A stretch of DNA of 58,427 nucleotides, the filler included, from Sphacelaria rigidula (lineage: Eukaryota): assembly GCA_964200075.2 (NCBI GenBank). It is 7 parts of 7 records of this genome, joined end to end, with 100 filler letters (N's around TTAATTAATTAA, not from the genome) between each part and the next. Parts side by side here need not be neighbours in the genome. Positions count along the whole stretch, not along the records: positions 1 to 8,262 come from CAXNAA020011736.1; positions 8,363 to 16,623 come from CAXNAA020011737.1; 5 more parts are not named here. The stretch is one strand, 5' to 3'. A program made the position numbers and the translations under genes. The notes beneath the pieces are model-generated. The model did not search any database. It had not been told where the DNA came from and worked only from the letters and a program-made list of their open reading frames with translations. Of the stretch, positions 1-13,083 are shown in pieces; position 1 is the first letter of the stretch, and each line of letters begins with the position of its first letter.

Positions 1-86
1 AAATCCCAGATCGCTCCGAGATTGGAATCCACGATCCAACCGTCAAACGGCTTCGAGGTTACCAACTGAGCCACCGGGGCGACCGG
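1..86 (-). mobile_element. tRNA-derived SINE, 5' head (partial, cut by window edge)
   Basis: Reverse complement CCGGTCGCCCCGGTGGCTCAGTTGGTAACCTCG...GGATTCCAATCTCGG has Pol III A-box and B-box and closely matches heads at 30173, 32259 and 48040. Confidence 0.8.
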
Positions 87-2433
87 ACAAGTTAACACTG
101 TCGTTTAACCTGGAACTGGCCTTGACTTGGAACTGGCGGTGAGGACGCCAGTTGTCCATTTTGGTTCAAGTGTGCTGCTACTGCCTATATTTAATATCAT
201 TCCTAGTATAAGGCAGCTCCACGCTGTTCTAGGCCACGTTTTATAGATTTTCGGGTTCAATAAATGAAGGAATTCATTAAAAGCCCCATAATTGACAGAT
301 GATGCATATCTGTGTAAAACCGACATTAGTGGAGTCCGATTTGGGCGAGGGGTGCATGGAACCGCAGGGGACAAGAAGATAGTCGTCCCCAGGCGGTGCA
401 TTCAACCGTGGATTTAGGGGTGGTACCCACCATTTTGGCCTCATCCGTGCAAATGGCAATACATTTGAATATCAATGAAAGTTTTCTTGGGATACTTGAA
501 ATACGGAAATAAGACCAACTTGTATGGTAGCCATTTCCGAATCTGGCGGGATCCCAATATGTGCCAAATCGGGGGAACTCAGATTCGCGAAACTTAGATT
601 CGTGTGTACGCTTGTATGTGTCATGGCTTCACAGTTTCGTTGAAATTGTTCTGTACACGGGGGATCATTTTCTGCAGGGGTGTGGTGTCACACTGAAGCC
701 GAAGAACCGGCATACAGTGATACAAGACGTTTCCAGATCTGAGGTCCCCCGATCTGCGTACAGATCCGCGTTTGTGATTGCCATACAATATGGTCAATAA
801 TACTCAAATATATAACTGTTTCCTTCCCCGTAGATTTCATGTACGCTTCCCCCTCCCAAATCAGTTGTCACTTGTGGTCTCTACCGTTTTGACTTGTTGC
901 ACACGAATGGCGATGCACCTGAATACACGAACACATCGACAGAACGTGTCAACAATGAAGTATATATCTCTATCCTCCCATTTCTCCCCACCCGGGGATG
1001 AAATCGCTCTATCCACTCTCCAGACACGATAGGGGGTGTTATTTACCGTTTAGGCTAGTTACATGGGTATTTACACACGGACAGAGATTCCCCGAAACAC
1101 GCGGGGGCATCGTCGTTAGAGCGTATCCACTACATGATCTTGTACACTCTTTTACTCCCCCTTTTCCCCCTTCCCTTTTCCGGGGATGAAATGAATGCAT
1201 CCCGTCAATCTCATCGAGAAGGGGGTGTTCTACGACGTTATAGCCACTTGCAGCCAGACAACAATGAATCTCCACACGTGACCGGTACCGGTAGAAAGCA
1301 TAAATCTACCTTAACCAGTGATTCACGCCGTTTTTCTTAACAGGGTTACAGACACCCCGTTGAAGATCTTCGAAGAGGAAATGGGCCGAGCAGTGCATTT
1401 TCATAGCCTCCGGCGGCGCTCCGGTGGGCCCCCCTTACCAGTCGGGAGGGGGGCGGCGGCGGGGGGGCATTAGGGCGAGCGCCTATTCACTGAAAAGCGT
1501 CGGTTAGCTGGCCTCTGGTGTGATCAATTTTAACTTAAGTCATCAGAGCCACAAGCGCACAGCCCTAATTTTTGATGATATGTCGAGATAAGGCTGAGAC
1601 TACTTTTTGGCCCCAATGGTGTCGATGTACACCTGACGGTGTCTTATGACCCGCTGTTTTTGCTGCTCTGCATGTGATGCTTTTGTGCGCTGATTCGTGT
1701 AAACGCCGCGGCTTGACCTCGTCAACGTGGCGGTGTTTGCTCATAGGTCTCAAGACAAGCACTTTTCATAGTAGCAATGGGACTCTGGCTAGTGGTGCTC
1801 CTATCGGTTAGCATGTGGATTGTCGGTATTGTCGCTCGCCTGTAGCGTCCAGGAGCGAGTTACCGACGTTTTGTTGCTCAGTTTGTTGTACCCCCTGAAA
1901 CTCGCTCACACTGCTCTGCACTTGCTCACTGGACAAACTAGAGCTTATTCACCACCCACCTAGCAACGAATAGTTCGGATAGCAGGGTTGAACTTAGCCG
2001 GCGCGCCACCGTTTTTCAACTGTTACACCAACAGTTCTGTAGTGTGAGCGGATTCAGGCGGTTCGACTCCCCATAGTCGCAAGTCTTGTAATGTTTTCTG
2101 ATCTCCGCCGTTTGGAAATAGGAGAACAGCGTGGGTGAGTCAGCACGGATTCGATGAAAGTGGCCCGGTCGTAATACTCATGTGCAAGGTAATTAAGTAC
2201 CAGGGGAGAGACACGTCGATTCTCTGAGACGACGCACTCGTCCCGACGTAGTGGGGACAAGGCGTGCAGAAATGGAGAATGCACCTCCCAGGTGAAGAAG
2301 ACCATTCTATACTGATTATCTCCGATGCTCAGACGCTAGTAAAACCGAACCTAGGGTGCTTGTAAAGCTTTCACACGTCGGACATCTTATTAGTTAATTC
2401 AGCTTTACCGTGTTACTCGTCCGGTTTAAACAG

Positions 2434-3075
2434 GTATCGCTGAGTTATATACGGTACAACTCATCCAGTGGGAAAAGGCACCGCTGAGTTATACCGCATA
2501 GCTCATCCGTTAGGAAATGCTCCCCTGAGTTACACGGTATAACTCTGGCAGGGGGAAGAGGTACCGTTGAGGTAAACCGTGAAGCTCAGCGAATGAAACA
2601 ATGTTCTGCTCCCTTACACCATATTACTCAGCCAGTGAAAATCGGTACCGATGAGATATACCGTATGACTCAGCCAGAAGAAATAAGTACCACTTATCCA
2701 CAACTTAGCTATATTTTATAACCCCCCCCGGTAGCTAAGTTCACGAGGTACGTTTACACCTCACCCAAGCGGAAACGTGCAAAACGTTTAATACCAGCCA
2801 CTGCGAGGGGAAACACGTGACATGTCTTCCCACTCACGCGAATGAAGAAAGCTTCTCTTTACATAGCTCAGAGTACGCAGCTGCAGGTGGATCATGATAT
2901 CCCAATATCGTAGAGTTATATCGTTTACCTCATCCATTGAGCAGAGGTACGACTGAGATATGCCGAATAACTCAGCGAGGGGGAAAGGTACCGCGCTGTG
3001 TCATACCGTATGATTCAGCCAGAGGAAATAGGTATCATGAAGTTATACCTCATGACCCAGCCTTGAGTTATACGA
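2434..3075. repeat. Degenerate ~42-bp tandem repeat with palindromic core (CTGAGTTATAC/GTATAACTCAG), interrupted at about 2693-2900
   Basis: Units begin near 2434, 2478, 2519, 2561, 2603, 2645, 2686, 2947, 2988 and 3032, approximating GTACCGCTGAGTTATACCGTATAACTCAGCCAGTGGAAATAG. Confidence 0.7.
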
Positions 3076-4018
3076 AAATGGGTTGTTTGACGTGTGAAAA
3101 CTTCCGTCGAGATCTGTCTGTGCACCGGCTCATTTGGCGGTGCAAGCCCCCCCTCCCCCACCCCTGTATGTATGCATGCTGGGGGTTGGAAAAATTATAA
3201 GAGAGGATTTTGTGCTGTGGACACTACAGAACGCCAGCCATGTGTGCGCCGTTCCGTGCCAGCTATCGGTTCTTGCTGTTTGTTGGTTCCCAGCTCTACC
3301 CTGCCGCGAGTGGCTTTGATGTGCATTTGTTGTTTCTTGGCTGTCATCTCGTCCATCCTTCAAATCGTCCTCCGCAGGGCGACACGAAGTACAATGCACA
3401 ACCTGGCGACGAGGTAGTGAAGGCTCCGAGACAAGATGGACTGTCAACCACAGACCACCAGCAGGCAAGCCGTTGCCAACAAGTGTTGGTTATAGTGATG
3501 GTCGATGATGCGGCCAATGTGCGTGTAGGGTTGGAATCCGCGCTTGCTGTGGTTGGCTCCTGCTGTGTGCCAGTAGCAGGTATACATATCAGGAGGACAG
3601 TTAGGTTTCTATCCCATGCCTGCAGGGTTTCGTTTTCGCGCCGTTGTCCACGCTTGTACTTTATCGCGAGGTGCAAGCAGATGGGATGCGCTAGACGAAA
3701 ACAGCAGAACGATTGGGTTCCGTGTAGGGGGCTGTTCCGTTTTGAAAGTGGCTGTGATCCCGGAGAGGGCGGGTCTCCATGGGTGACAAAGAGATGAGCT
3801 ATCGAACGAGGTCGTTGGCTGAAGGGATCGTCCTTTCCTCGGCGTACTTGATCAATGTTAACTGGGGTCGGGCAGGAGCACAATGTAGCTGCGAGGCTGT
3901 AAATCGGCGGTTTTGCAACGCTATCTCGCTGCAAACCACGATGTTTACCGTCACGAGGTGGTGTGCCACCTGTTTCCTGGTCGTAAAGTACTAGACCATC
4001 GTATTCCGATATATACAT

Positions 4019-4037
4019 GTTGTTGTCGTTGTTGTCG

Positions 4038-4075
<38 letters not shown>
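4019..4075. repeat. (GTT)n microsatellite
   Basis: Directly visible trinucleotide run. Confidence 0.95.
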
Positions 4076-5860
4076 CCCGGTACACCGAGTATTTAGTGGG
4101 AAAATGACTCGTCTACGTGAGTGACGGCTGCGTGGGAAGCTGTCTCCATGTCCTGTGTATTGCACCACTATCACCGAATCTCCAGGCCCTTGATTTTTCC
4201 GCTGAGGCCGTTCGTGAAAATCATACTGTACCGACCAAGCCCTATTATGACGGCACCTTGTCTGCTGCGATGTATCGGCAGGGTTGGTGCACGTCTTACT
4301 TCGTTGGAGGTGACAAGCGCGAGGTTAACGGCGTACTCGTCGACCGGTACCAGCTAGGAGCGCTGGCGGTGCGAATGTTCGGAGGACACAGTGTCCGCTT
4401 TCCACCCGCAACAATGAGCAAAGGTTGGTGGATGCGCATAGTTGGCTGCGACTTCTCGAGTATTTGGTCCATTGCCTTTCGATGACGCATGTGCTCGTTG
4501 TTAACTCTCTTGCCCTGCCGAGTTCCCAACATCCTCGCTTATTTGGCTCAAACAGTCGTACTGCGATATTGCATTGCTTCTATCTACTATACGTCGTTGG
4601 TTTCCTGTCGTGGGTAGGTATCATCTGTCCATCTTTAGCCATCTTTACGTGCCATATGCTATCCCCAGTTCGTCTCTCCTTCCCTCTGCAGTCCGTGGGT
4701 GGGTACAAGCTGGTTCTGTCAAGAAAAAACATCGTTCCTGTACCACAGCGCTTTTCCGGTTCATAGTGCACTTCTGACTGACTCTGAATTTTCACGCACA
4801 TGTCTGGATAGGGGAAATAAACTTTCTACAATAGCCCCCACCCCCAAAATGCCTGGTTCGGGGAGACAAAATGTTCACGTAAATCGAAACGGGAAAAGCC
4901 GAGCACAACGAGCAGCTGGGAATTCCCACGCTTGGGTCCGTTCTCGCCAATGTCGCCCATATGAGGCGCTTCATGCAATCTAAACGCAAACATCAGGCGT
5001 CGCATGACCATTTTTTCCGTGACACTTTTGGGCTGGTTGTTTTGGGGGGCTATCGTAGAAAGTTTCCGAAACAGGAGACGAAAGCCTGGACCCGCCCCTT
5101 CATGTCAAGTGTGTGGAGGTGTGGGGACACCTCGGTGGCGTGACTGCTACAACTGAAGCTAGAGAGGGTGACGCATTACGGGTTCAAGCTCCGGCAAATC
5201 CATGCGGGCTTAGGTTTTTCTTGTTCTGAAAAGCATTCGATTTCCGTCGTTGGAAACTTCAGAGGACGAGAGTAGAAACTAAGTTATGCAAGAGTGGGTA
5301 CTCACAAAAGTATTGAGGAGGTGTTTTATCGATAAATACCCTTCAGGACCATACCGGAGCGTTTGGAACAGGGCTCGACACCCTACCAAACCATACCGGA
5401 ATGTTCGGTACACACTACTCTATGGTCTAGTATGTCAGCCAAAAACGTCTCTCTCCCGGGTTCACCCACAGAACATAACCTTGAAAGTATATTCGACCAA
5501 GGTCGGCGCGTGCGGGAGTGGTGCTGACCCGATCCGCGATATCAACATGTAAGGCGTGCTCTGTACCGGGGAAGAGATGGGTTGGTTTATCCCTTCGACA
5601 CTACGGACTCGTCCCCAGTTAAGGGAGGGGTCGAACGTATGATGATGAGGGAGGAGGATAATGATACCGGGCTATCCCAAGTGCTTTATAAAGTCGAATA
5701 CCTTGGAACGTGGAGGGCAAATGAGGCCGAGCCGTGTCTGGTTGAATGTGTGAGGACGCGAGTAGCAAACCAACCTCGAACGTAGAGTCGACGGGGGATG
5801 CGGGATCGCGGATACTATTCTTGGTAATCATTTGCAAGGCTGACACCAGCGGGGGGGGGG

Positions 5861-5927
5861 CGTGCTCATTTGTTGCTTGCCTTAGTCGTTCGACCATTGA
5901 CCACGCATCCCTTTCGAGACGAAGCAC
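5861..5927 (-). mobile_element. LINE 3'-end fragment
   Basis: Matches the 3' terminus of the LINE at 39946-41353 (GATGCGTGGTCAATGGTCGAACGACTAAGGCAAGCAACAAATGAG) and abuts a G10 run. Confidence 0.8.
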
Positions 5928-7370
5928 AACCAGGGAGGGATGGGTTGATAATTTCCTGAAAGTACGGAATCATCCGGAGGAGGGGGGGAGGGGCTGGACA
6001 CATGACAAAATCGCAACATGTTGGTAGTCAGAGTGATGGGAAACTAACGATTCAGCAATGGTCAACCTTTGGGTATTGTTTGCGCAAATATGTATGTTTT
6101 ATTTCGTGTTAAGATTGGAAGGCGGACCCCAGGCAAGGCCGGAGAAATTCAAGAACAAATCCTCTTACCGCAACCACTTCGTTGCAAATATACCATATCC
6201 CATTCATTTTGTAGGTTGTGTCGAGCTGTGAGGGTTGCTTGGAGACGCGAACAGCGCCATGCAGTCACGCACAGCATGGTTACGGGTGTGTTCGTACCAC
6301 AAATCGCCAATATTACATGACAAAATTACCAAAAAAAGCACGCGGCTTGGAGGGAATGCGTTCGACTCAAATAGCATGAAACGGAAGCAAAAGCCAGCAG
6401 TCGGCAACAGTCGAATCGCTTCTGTGATGTGAATGTTGACGTGAGTGCACTGATTGGAGCCAAGACGCGGCTGCTGACCAGAACGCAAACGAGGGAACCG
6501 TACGGGAAATACTTGATATCGTTACATTCCCCCAGTACGTAGGGTTCTTTGGCTCTGCATGGAGCAGTATACGCCGCTGGCCAGTTCGAGCTGCGGCACG
6601 GTGCTCGTTGTCGATCTTGGCCTAAATTATAACTGCCGTTCTTTCCTACAGCTTAGGCACAAACTTGTAGTGCAGGACGTTTGTGGTACTTGGCGTACCG
6701 AGTTTGTTGTTCAGACGCACATATACTGTGCATATCCCACAACCTTACTGGCTACCGTGCACGGTGTGTGTTTGTCTCTGTCCACACCTTGGCGATTCTA
6801 GACCTGGCGGACATGGTGAGGGCCATGACTTCCAGCGATTCAACCCACCGAATGGCGCCTGAGGCCGAGCTGGAGAGTTGCCCTTTCATGCAGGTAAATG
6901 TTGTCCCCATATTTTTTTCATGGTGCTTGTTAACGGCGTGCTGTCGGGCTGAGTCAAGGTGTCGGAGGATCAGACACAGACGTTGTTATTTTCTGCTCCT
7001 CAATGTGCTAGTCTCGCTGTAGCTTTTGCATGTGTGATGCAGCAACGGGGTTGAAGGCCTGATATGTGCCCGCGGTAGGTTTGTAGGTACATCCTCCGTT
7101 AGGGAAAAGCTCATGATGGGCAAAGTAGGGAAGGGGAGGGGGTGAGGAGGCATGCTGAAGCCGAACGGGTGGTTGAGTCGAAACTAGGACGAAGTAGCGG
7201 TTGCCCACACTAGAACCAAATACTTCATGTCTTCACTAAAATCAAGTAATTGTTGACCGCACTCGACTCAGGTGACATACTGACCATGAGGATGATATTA
7301 TACCAGAAGCCATCACCTAAAGGTGCATATCGATGATTTTCTCGTAGATTCCAATCTTGCCTCAGGGTTC

Positions 7371-8245
7371 TCTCAAAGTCCAGATGGCAGCACCCAAGAA
7401 GATACTTGGATGCTCGAAAACGACGAGTAATACAGCACTGAGAGCAGAGTTGGGAATGTACTCACACCAAACAGAGACATGAGGAAATCGAGATGAGAAT
7501 ATGGCGTAAAGAACATGCAGAGAAAGAGATTGCCAGCTATAATTGATAAGGCTGCATGGAAAAGAAGTACGAAAGGATATGCTGTAAGGTGAGATAGAGA
7601 AGTCGAGAAAGTATGGAAGGAGATAGGAGGAAACCAAGACGAAATACTGTCCATAGGTGAACGCGCGGGGTACAACCCAAAATTAAGAGACATTGTCGAA
7701 ATAAGGGGAAAATGAGCGCTCAGACTCAAGGTAGACGAGGGAGAACACCTGAAGATATACGAGGGGTTGAGAGAGGGGATCAGAATGAAAACATATCTGC
7801 ATAACTCCATGGACGCGGCGGGAAAATTGAAACTGCCATTTCGGGTGGGGGACCTAGACCTGCCAGAAAGAAGAATGAGATATACCAGTGGTCGAAAGGA
7901 GGAGGAAGTAGATGGACAGAATTGCCTCTGTGGCGAAGGAATAGGGAGCAGAAGTCGTATAGTTGCAGAATGTGAACTATACAAGGAGGAACGGGGCGTG
8001 CTAGAGGGGGAAATGCGACACGTGAACGAAGGTGGCATGGAATCGTTTGATGCATCAGACAGTAGGGAGAAAACAATGGTTATGCTAGGAGATAGATGGT
8101 GGCCACAGACGGTGAAACAGGACGGGAATGAGGTATGTAAAAGGTTTTTGTGCAATGTACGGAAGAAACGTAATGATCTATGGAAGAAACGTAATGAGCG
8201 CCGGAATGTTGGAGGTGTCTCTAGTAGGAGTAGGAAGGGTGCTCC
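7371..8245 (+). mobile_element. Degenerate LINE fragment (post-RT and C-terminal zinc-knuckle region)
   Basis: Collinear with the reverse complement of about 40010-40870. ORF 7767 has a decayed knuckle CLCGEGIGSRSRIVAEC; stops and frameshifts present. Confidence 0.8.
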
Positions 8246-8262
8246 TAAATTCCACCGCCTTT

Positions 8263-8362
8263 NNNNNNNNNNNNNNNNNNNNNNNNNNNNNNNNNNNNNN
8301 NNNNNNTTAATTAATTAANNNNNNNNNNNNNNNNNNNNNNNNNNNNNNNNNNNNNNNNNNNN
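8263..8362. other. Artificial contig spacer (N runs around TTAATTAATTAA); same at 16624-16723, 24985-25084, 33346-33445, 41707-41806, 50068-50167
   Basis: Six 100-bp spacers exactly 8361 bp apart, each with an all-frame stop linker. Confidence 0.97.
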
Positions 8363-11123
8363 ATACCATAAAGGGTGGACTCCCATCGTCTCATCGACGG
8401 GCAACAGTGATACAAGTCACGACAACATCGCCGTGTAACCGCTAACTCCGCTTGTGCACGAAAATACAACAATCTTATATTATGCACAGACGGAAAATCG
8501 CAGGTCATGCGGTATAACTTTCCCGACTACGAATATTCCAACCTCGCCGCGCAGGTCTCGACAGAATCAATAGAATCCAAGTCTACACATTTTAGTACCC
8601 GGGGGTTACGTATTGCTCCGCCTCAACATAGAGCGAAACGGCGAACAATATGACTGGCACATCACGAAGGTCACTTCCCACGTAGGCCGGTAGGAAAGAC
8701 TGAACTTTCCGTTTGTGTGTACTCTAGTTAAGTTCCTGCATACTACAGATATGCCCGTGAATGAAGGCCTTACCGATCAAAAATCCGTTGCCCACAAAAA
8801 AAAAATGAATGCGGACGGATATTGAAGGCGTACTAAAGACGTCATCGACTGGTCGGGCCTCTGCCGAACCTCTGCCGAACATAACACACGCTCCATCCCA
8901 AGTTACCTGGGTTTAGTATGCGACAGCTGTAAAGTTTTGACTGCTACTATGTCGACACAGGAAGCAAGCTGGCCTCTGGACCTTGACAGCCTCCCGCACA
9001 CACACTAAACGTGGTGAGATCGGCGGCGGTGTCGCACAATTTGCCACAGCGAATCCGAAAAGCCCCAGGACGTTGCAGGAAACGCGTTATTTTGTACATG
9101 TGTTTGGTGCAGCGGTTTGCAAAGTGCCGAGTCCTCCGCGGCACGCGTACGGAAACCTCCTGCCCAATTCACTAGTTCTGGTATGTGGGAAGCGCACGCA
9201 TCAAACCGTAGTCCAATCCTCTGCGTCGTTGCCGAGAAAGTGGCGTCGAAAGATAAGCACAACAACATACTCCGACAAGAGGGGCACAACAACAACACGA
9301 ACAGCAGCTTCTGTCCTCCTGTTGTTGGGACCCTGTGCACAGGTGAACAGCAACGTCAGTCCCAGGTGTGTTGTAGAGTGTACTATAGCAATAATACATT
9401 TTGTATGAACGCCGTCGTCATTTCGAGTGACGCGTGTACTTGTGATTGATACTGATTGACTCGTTTAGGTATCATTTCTTCTGCATTCAACTGACTGTGG
9501 AGTTGGTCGGTCCATTTTCCCGGTATATAGTGCCCAAAATCGGGCCCCATTCACGGGCGTAACAGTGTCAGTGACAATTAACTGGGCCAGCTTGGCCTGT
9601 ATTTGGATTGTGCTCGTGTGCTCATGGGTGCGTATGAGCGAGCGAGAGCGAAATGTGTTCGACTTGAAAGCCTCTGATCATGTCAACACTATTAATAGCG
9701 CGTATTCGGCTTCGCGAATGCACGTCGTCAACATGAGAGCACCGATGGGCGATCATGCTTTCACACACTCATCAGTCATCATCACCCTGAGCGTGTGCAG
9801 ATGGGCTTGAGGTCACACTGCACAGATGAAGTTCAGTATGGTCACGAGGTTTTTCCGCGGCAATCCAGGCCGAAGTAACGCGAGCACAATCCTGACTTGA
9901 ATCGTGAAAAGGGCACGTTCCGACTGGAAATATGGTGAAGGCGCCGGATGTTAAGTGCCTTTCGCAGTATTAACCCTTATTTCGAAGAAAAATGACCGAA
10001 TGATATCTGACCTTGCCAATTCGGGGTATTCAAGAAATGATATAAAAAGGCAACCAGAAACTCGTATCTACACTATCGAATTAGTGGGGGTTCACATGAT
10101 TTTGGTCAAAATTGTGTCAAATTAGGCTTTGCAAACGTCAAGTGTAGTTTCAGCCCTTGGACGGACGAGTTCTGGCCGATTCGCAAGGGCGGTGAACGCG
10201 GTGTGGTATGTCATGCGGCGTGTGCTTCCCGAATGCTACAACAGCAAACAACGGCTCCTGTTTGAAAACTACTGATAACACCGGTGCAACAAGAGGAGCA
10301 CGATGACCGGAGCAACAGCTTCTACAGGCTGATAAACACCGACCACTGAAGAAGTTTACGAGCTGGGCCAGCTGACAGTGATTTGCGAATGCATCCGGGC
10401 CGGGCGGTGGGTAATCCGAAGCGTTGGGCGCTAAAAGTTTGACACAACACTTTTATCATGACACGCACAACCTTCCCTGGAATGCCAAGAGAAACACAAC
10501 AGAAAGTTAGGGCGATTTGAAATTACTGCAAAAAATATGAAAATGCTATAACTCCGTGACAATAAAGGAATACGGGAGCATCCCTAGTGTAGTTGTGCGT
10601 CCTTGTGTGGACGAGATCCTGGTGTAATTTTGGCCAACAATTCCAGAAATTTGGCGCAGCATCCAACTCCTCGTGTGGCATGGCTGCGCTCGTTTAATCG
10701 AAGTGATGCGGTTGACGGCAGTAATGGAGGTCACGAGTTCGAATCCCGACGAATACCTTTTTTTTTGCTCCGTCGGTTAGGTGATACATTATGCAGCACA
10801 TTTTTTCAGTCTGTTTTTCATTCAGCGACGGTGCCGTGAGTCACCGCGTTGGTCTGCAGGTCACACCGATGAACTCAAGTCGGGCTGGTTTGGTAAACTT
10901 GATAAGTTATGGTGTAACATGCAAATGCGGGATTTACTGCTTGCCCAGCTCGTACTACTTCCATTGTACATTCCAGATGGATCGGGTCGTTATTTTGAAG
11001 AGATGTGCGTAACTGTGATTGATATGATTGGCTCGTTCACGTTTCTTTTTTCTGCAGACAATTATTGATGAACATTTCCCCTAAACGTGATGCCCAAAAC
11101 CTGCCTCTGTTCACCCCGATAAG

Positions 11124-11710
11124 TAGGGTTGGGGACTGGCGCTACGCGCCAGAACCAGGTAAACTGGCTGCGGAGAGGAGCCAGTTTACTGGGTCCTATC
11201 AGTATGTTGGTATCGCGGCGCAGCCGCGACCACCGGCCTCCCCCGGCTGGTGAGGGGACCCCGCCGGAGGCGTATTTTTACGCGATTTGGCTTCACCAGA
11301 AGATATTTTTGGGGTGATTTTGGGCCACTTCGATGATGCCTGCCCGGGTGTGAAAACGTTTTGTTCTTCAAATAGTTGTCAGTCGTGATTTGCTGGAGGC
11401 CACGGCGGGCTCAGGAATCTCAGGCCCCGGGCTCGGGTCTGAAGCGGGCGGGCTGCTGCTGCTCGTGACATATTGGTCCATCGATTTCGTGGTCTCCCTC
11501 TGGTGTGTTTGTGCCCTGTTGTAAACCTCTCTCCTCTCCTACCTCTCATGCGGCGCAGTTTCGGTGGGTTTCCTTGTAGTTGAGGAGGCATAATATAGGA
11601 TGTACATAAGATGGGTATGTACTGGCTGTACTGGCAGCCTCTGACGCAGTACAGGAAAACTGCCAGTACAGGAATACTGCCAGTAGATACTGGTCCAGCC
11701 CCCAACCCTA
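11124..11710. mobile_element. Non-autonomous TIR element (TAGGG termini, hAT-like)
   Basis: TAGGGTTGGGGACTGG at 11124 versus CCAGCCCCCAACCCTA ending 11710 (15/16 inverted match), with subterminal ACTGG/CCAGT repeats. No clean TSD seen. Confidence 0.5.
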
Positions 11711-11939
11711 GAGATTTATCGTCACTGCCTTGACGGAATAGGGAAGCGTGCATGCAGTCCGGTATGATGTGGACTTCAACGGCGTTCATGCGTACTAAAA
11801 AATGGCATACAAAACATCACAAGGAAGCAGTGGTGCCTGAAACAACGTTTTCGTGAAATTGAGAGTTAAAGGAACGATTGAGAATGAAAAGCGGTCAATT
11901 AGTGAATATGCCGTTTCAGTTCCGAAATGCACCTCCACC

Positions 11940-13083
11940 AGGCCTGACGTTCAATATTCTCTCTGTCGTACGAGCTGGGCCGGCCGCAAGACTGAAATTC
12001 CTTCCGCCGAACATATCTCAAGAACCGCGGCGAGTTATCGCGAAGTAAACATATCCCTGTGATTAGGAGATCGCCACGCGTATGCGCCTACAACTCTTGA
12101 TGTGCGCAAGGGTATATGACGGCCTTGAAATATAAGAAAAGGTCGTGTGCCCAGAACATACTGCGTCAAGTACAGGGCGAGTCTGTACAAAAATGCGGCT
12201 AGTTTTTGAAAATGCGGCGTGATTTTTTGAGCTCCGGAGTGGTGTTTGCGTACCACAAGCTTGCATATTGCTGCCCGTCATGGCGTTAAGCTCGCCGGGA
12301 ACTCAGTGATCGGAGAGGACCTCTGTTCTCACCATATTATATGATACTAGAGCGATGTCATGGATGTTGAGGCTATGGTACACAATATCAAAGAAGCGTC
12401 TTGTCAACTGCACCTCGCGATCAATTGCCTCCCGTGCGGGGGCGGAGGGGCTTTTGCATTCGTGTCGTCTGAGTTGGGAACTAGGGCATTTCGGGAAGCC
12501 CATGGAGGCGAGCCAGAATTTCTCAAGCTACCAAGCAAGCAGACGGGTGTGGATCAACGGCGTCTGCAAGCACATGGGATCCCGCACTCCCTCCAGGTGC
12601 CTGCACTGCAGGCAGCACCGCATTGGCTGCCAGGCCTCCTTTCGGATCAGTAATGCAGCGGGAACAGCACAGGAGTGTATTGGACTGTGCTGTGCTGTGC
12701 TGCACTGTACTGCACCGTACTGTACTGTACTGCACCGTACCGTACTCTACTATACCGTTCTATACTGTACGAGTATCGTACTGTACTGTACTGTACTGAA
12801 GTACACCGTGCTGTACGGTACTCTACTCTAACGTACTGTTCGAGTGTTGTGTCGTGCTGTATCGGCCCCAGAAAGTCTCCCAATAATATTGTTCCGAAAA
12901 GAGACCTGGAAAGCCAGAAGTTGCAACGTGTGGTGCACGAAGTACAACATACCTTGTGGTGGTGTGGGACTCGTGCATGTCGATACCGCCGATCGAGCCG
13001 GTAACCTCGTTGTGCGCAAGCATCAAGATTTTCATCGTCCCATCCAAGCAGAATCGCGGACACTCTCTCCCTGCCGAATATTC
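11940..13083 (-). pseudogene. Decayed, intron-containing KDZ (Kyakuja-Dileera-Zisupton) transposase catalytic region
   Basis: Motifs in canonical order on the minus strand: CPRFCLDGTMK (exon 13083-12953), CRH (12605-12597), ALVSYNM|AC (donor at 12332; YDxxC), AHIKSCR (about 12107-12087), YDRENIER (about 11970-11947; DGExxER). In-frame stop and frameshifts present. Confidence 0.68.
12682..12830. repeat. Degenerate (CTGTA/CTGTG)n pentanucleotide microsatellite, intronic to the KDZ remnant
   Basis: Visible TACTG/GCTGT iterations. Confidence 0.85.

Noticed and set aside
2434-3075. CRISPR-like appearance of palindromic repeats
   Set aside because: Units are degenerate throughout, linkers are short and related to each other, there are no cas genes, and the context is eukaryotic.
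3344-4174. 276-aa ORF with poly-Asn
   Set aside because: Poly-Asn comes from the (GTT)n microsatellite and the rest has no recognisable domain.
8308-8318. Recurrent TTAATTAATTAA motif with exact periodicity
   Set aside because: Assembly linker inside N runs, not biological.
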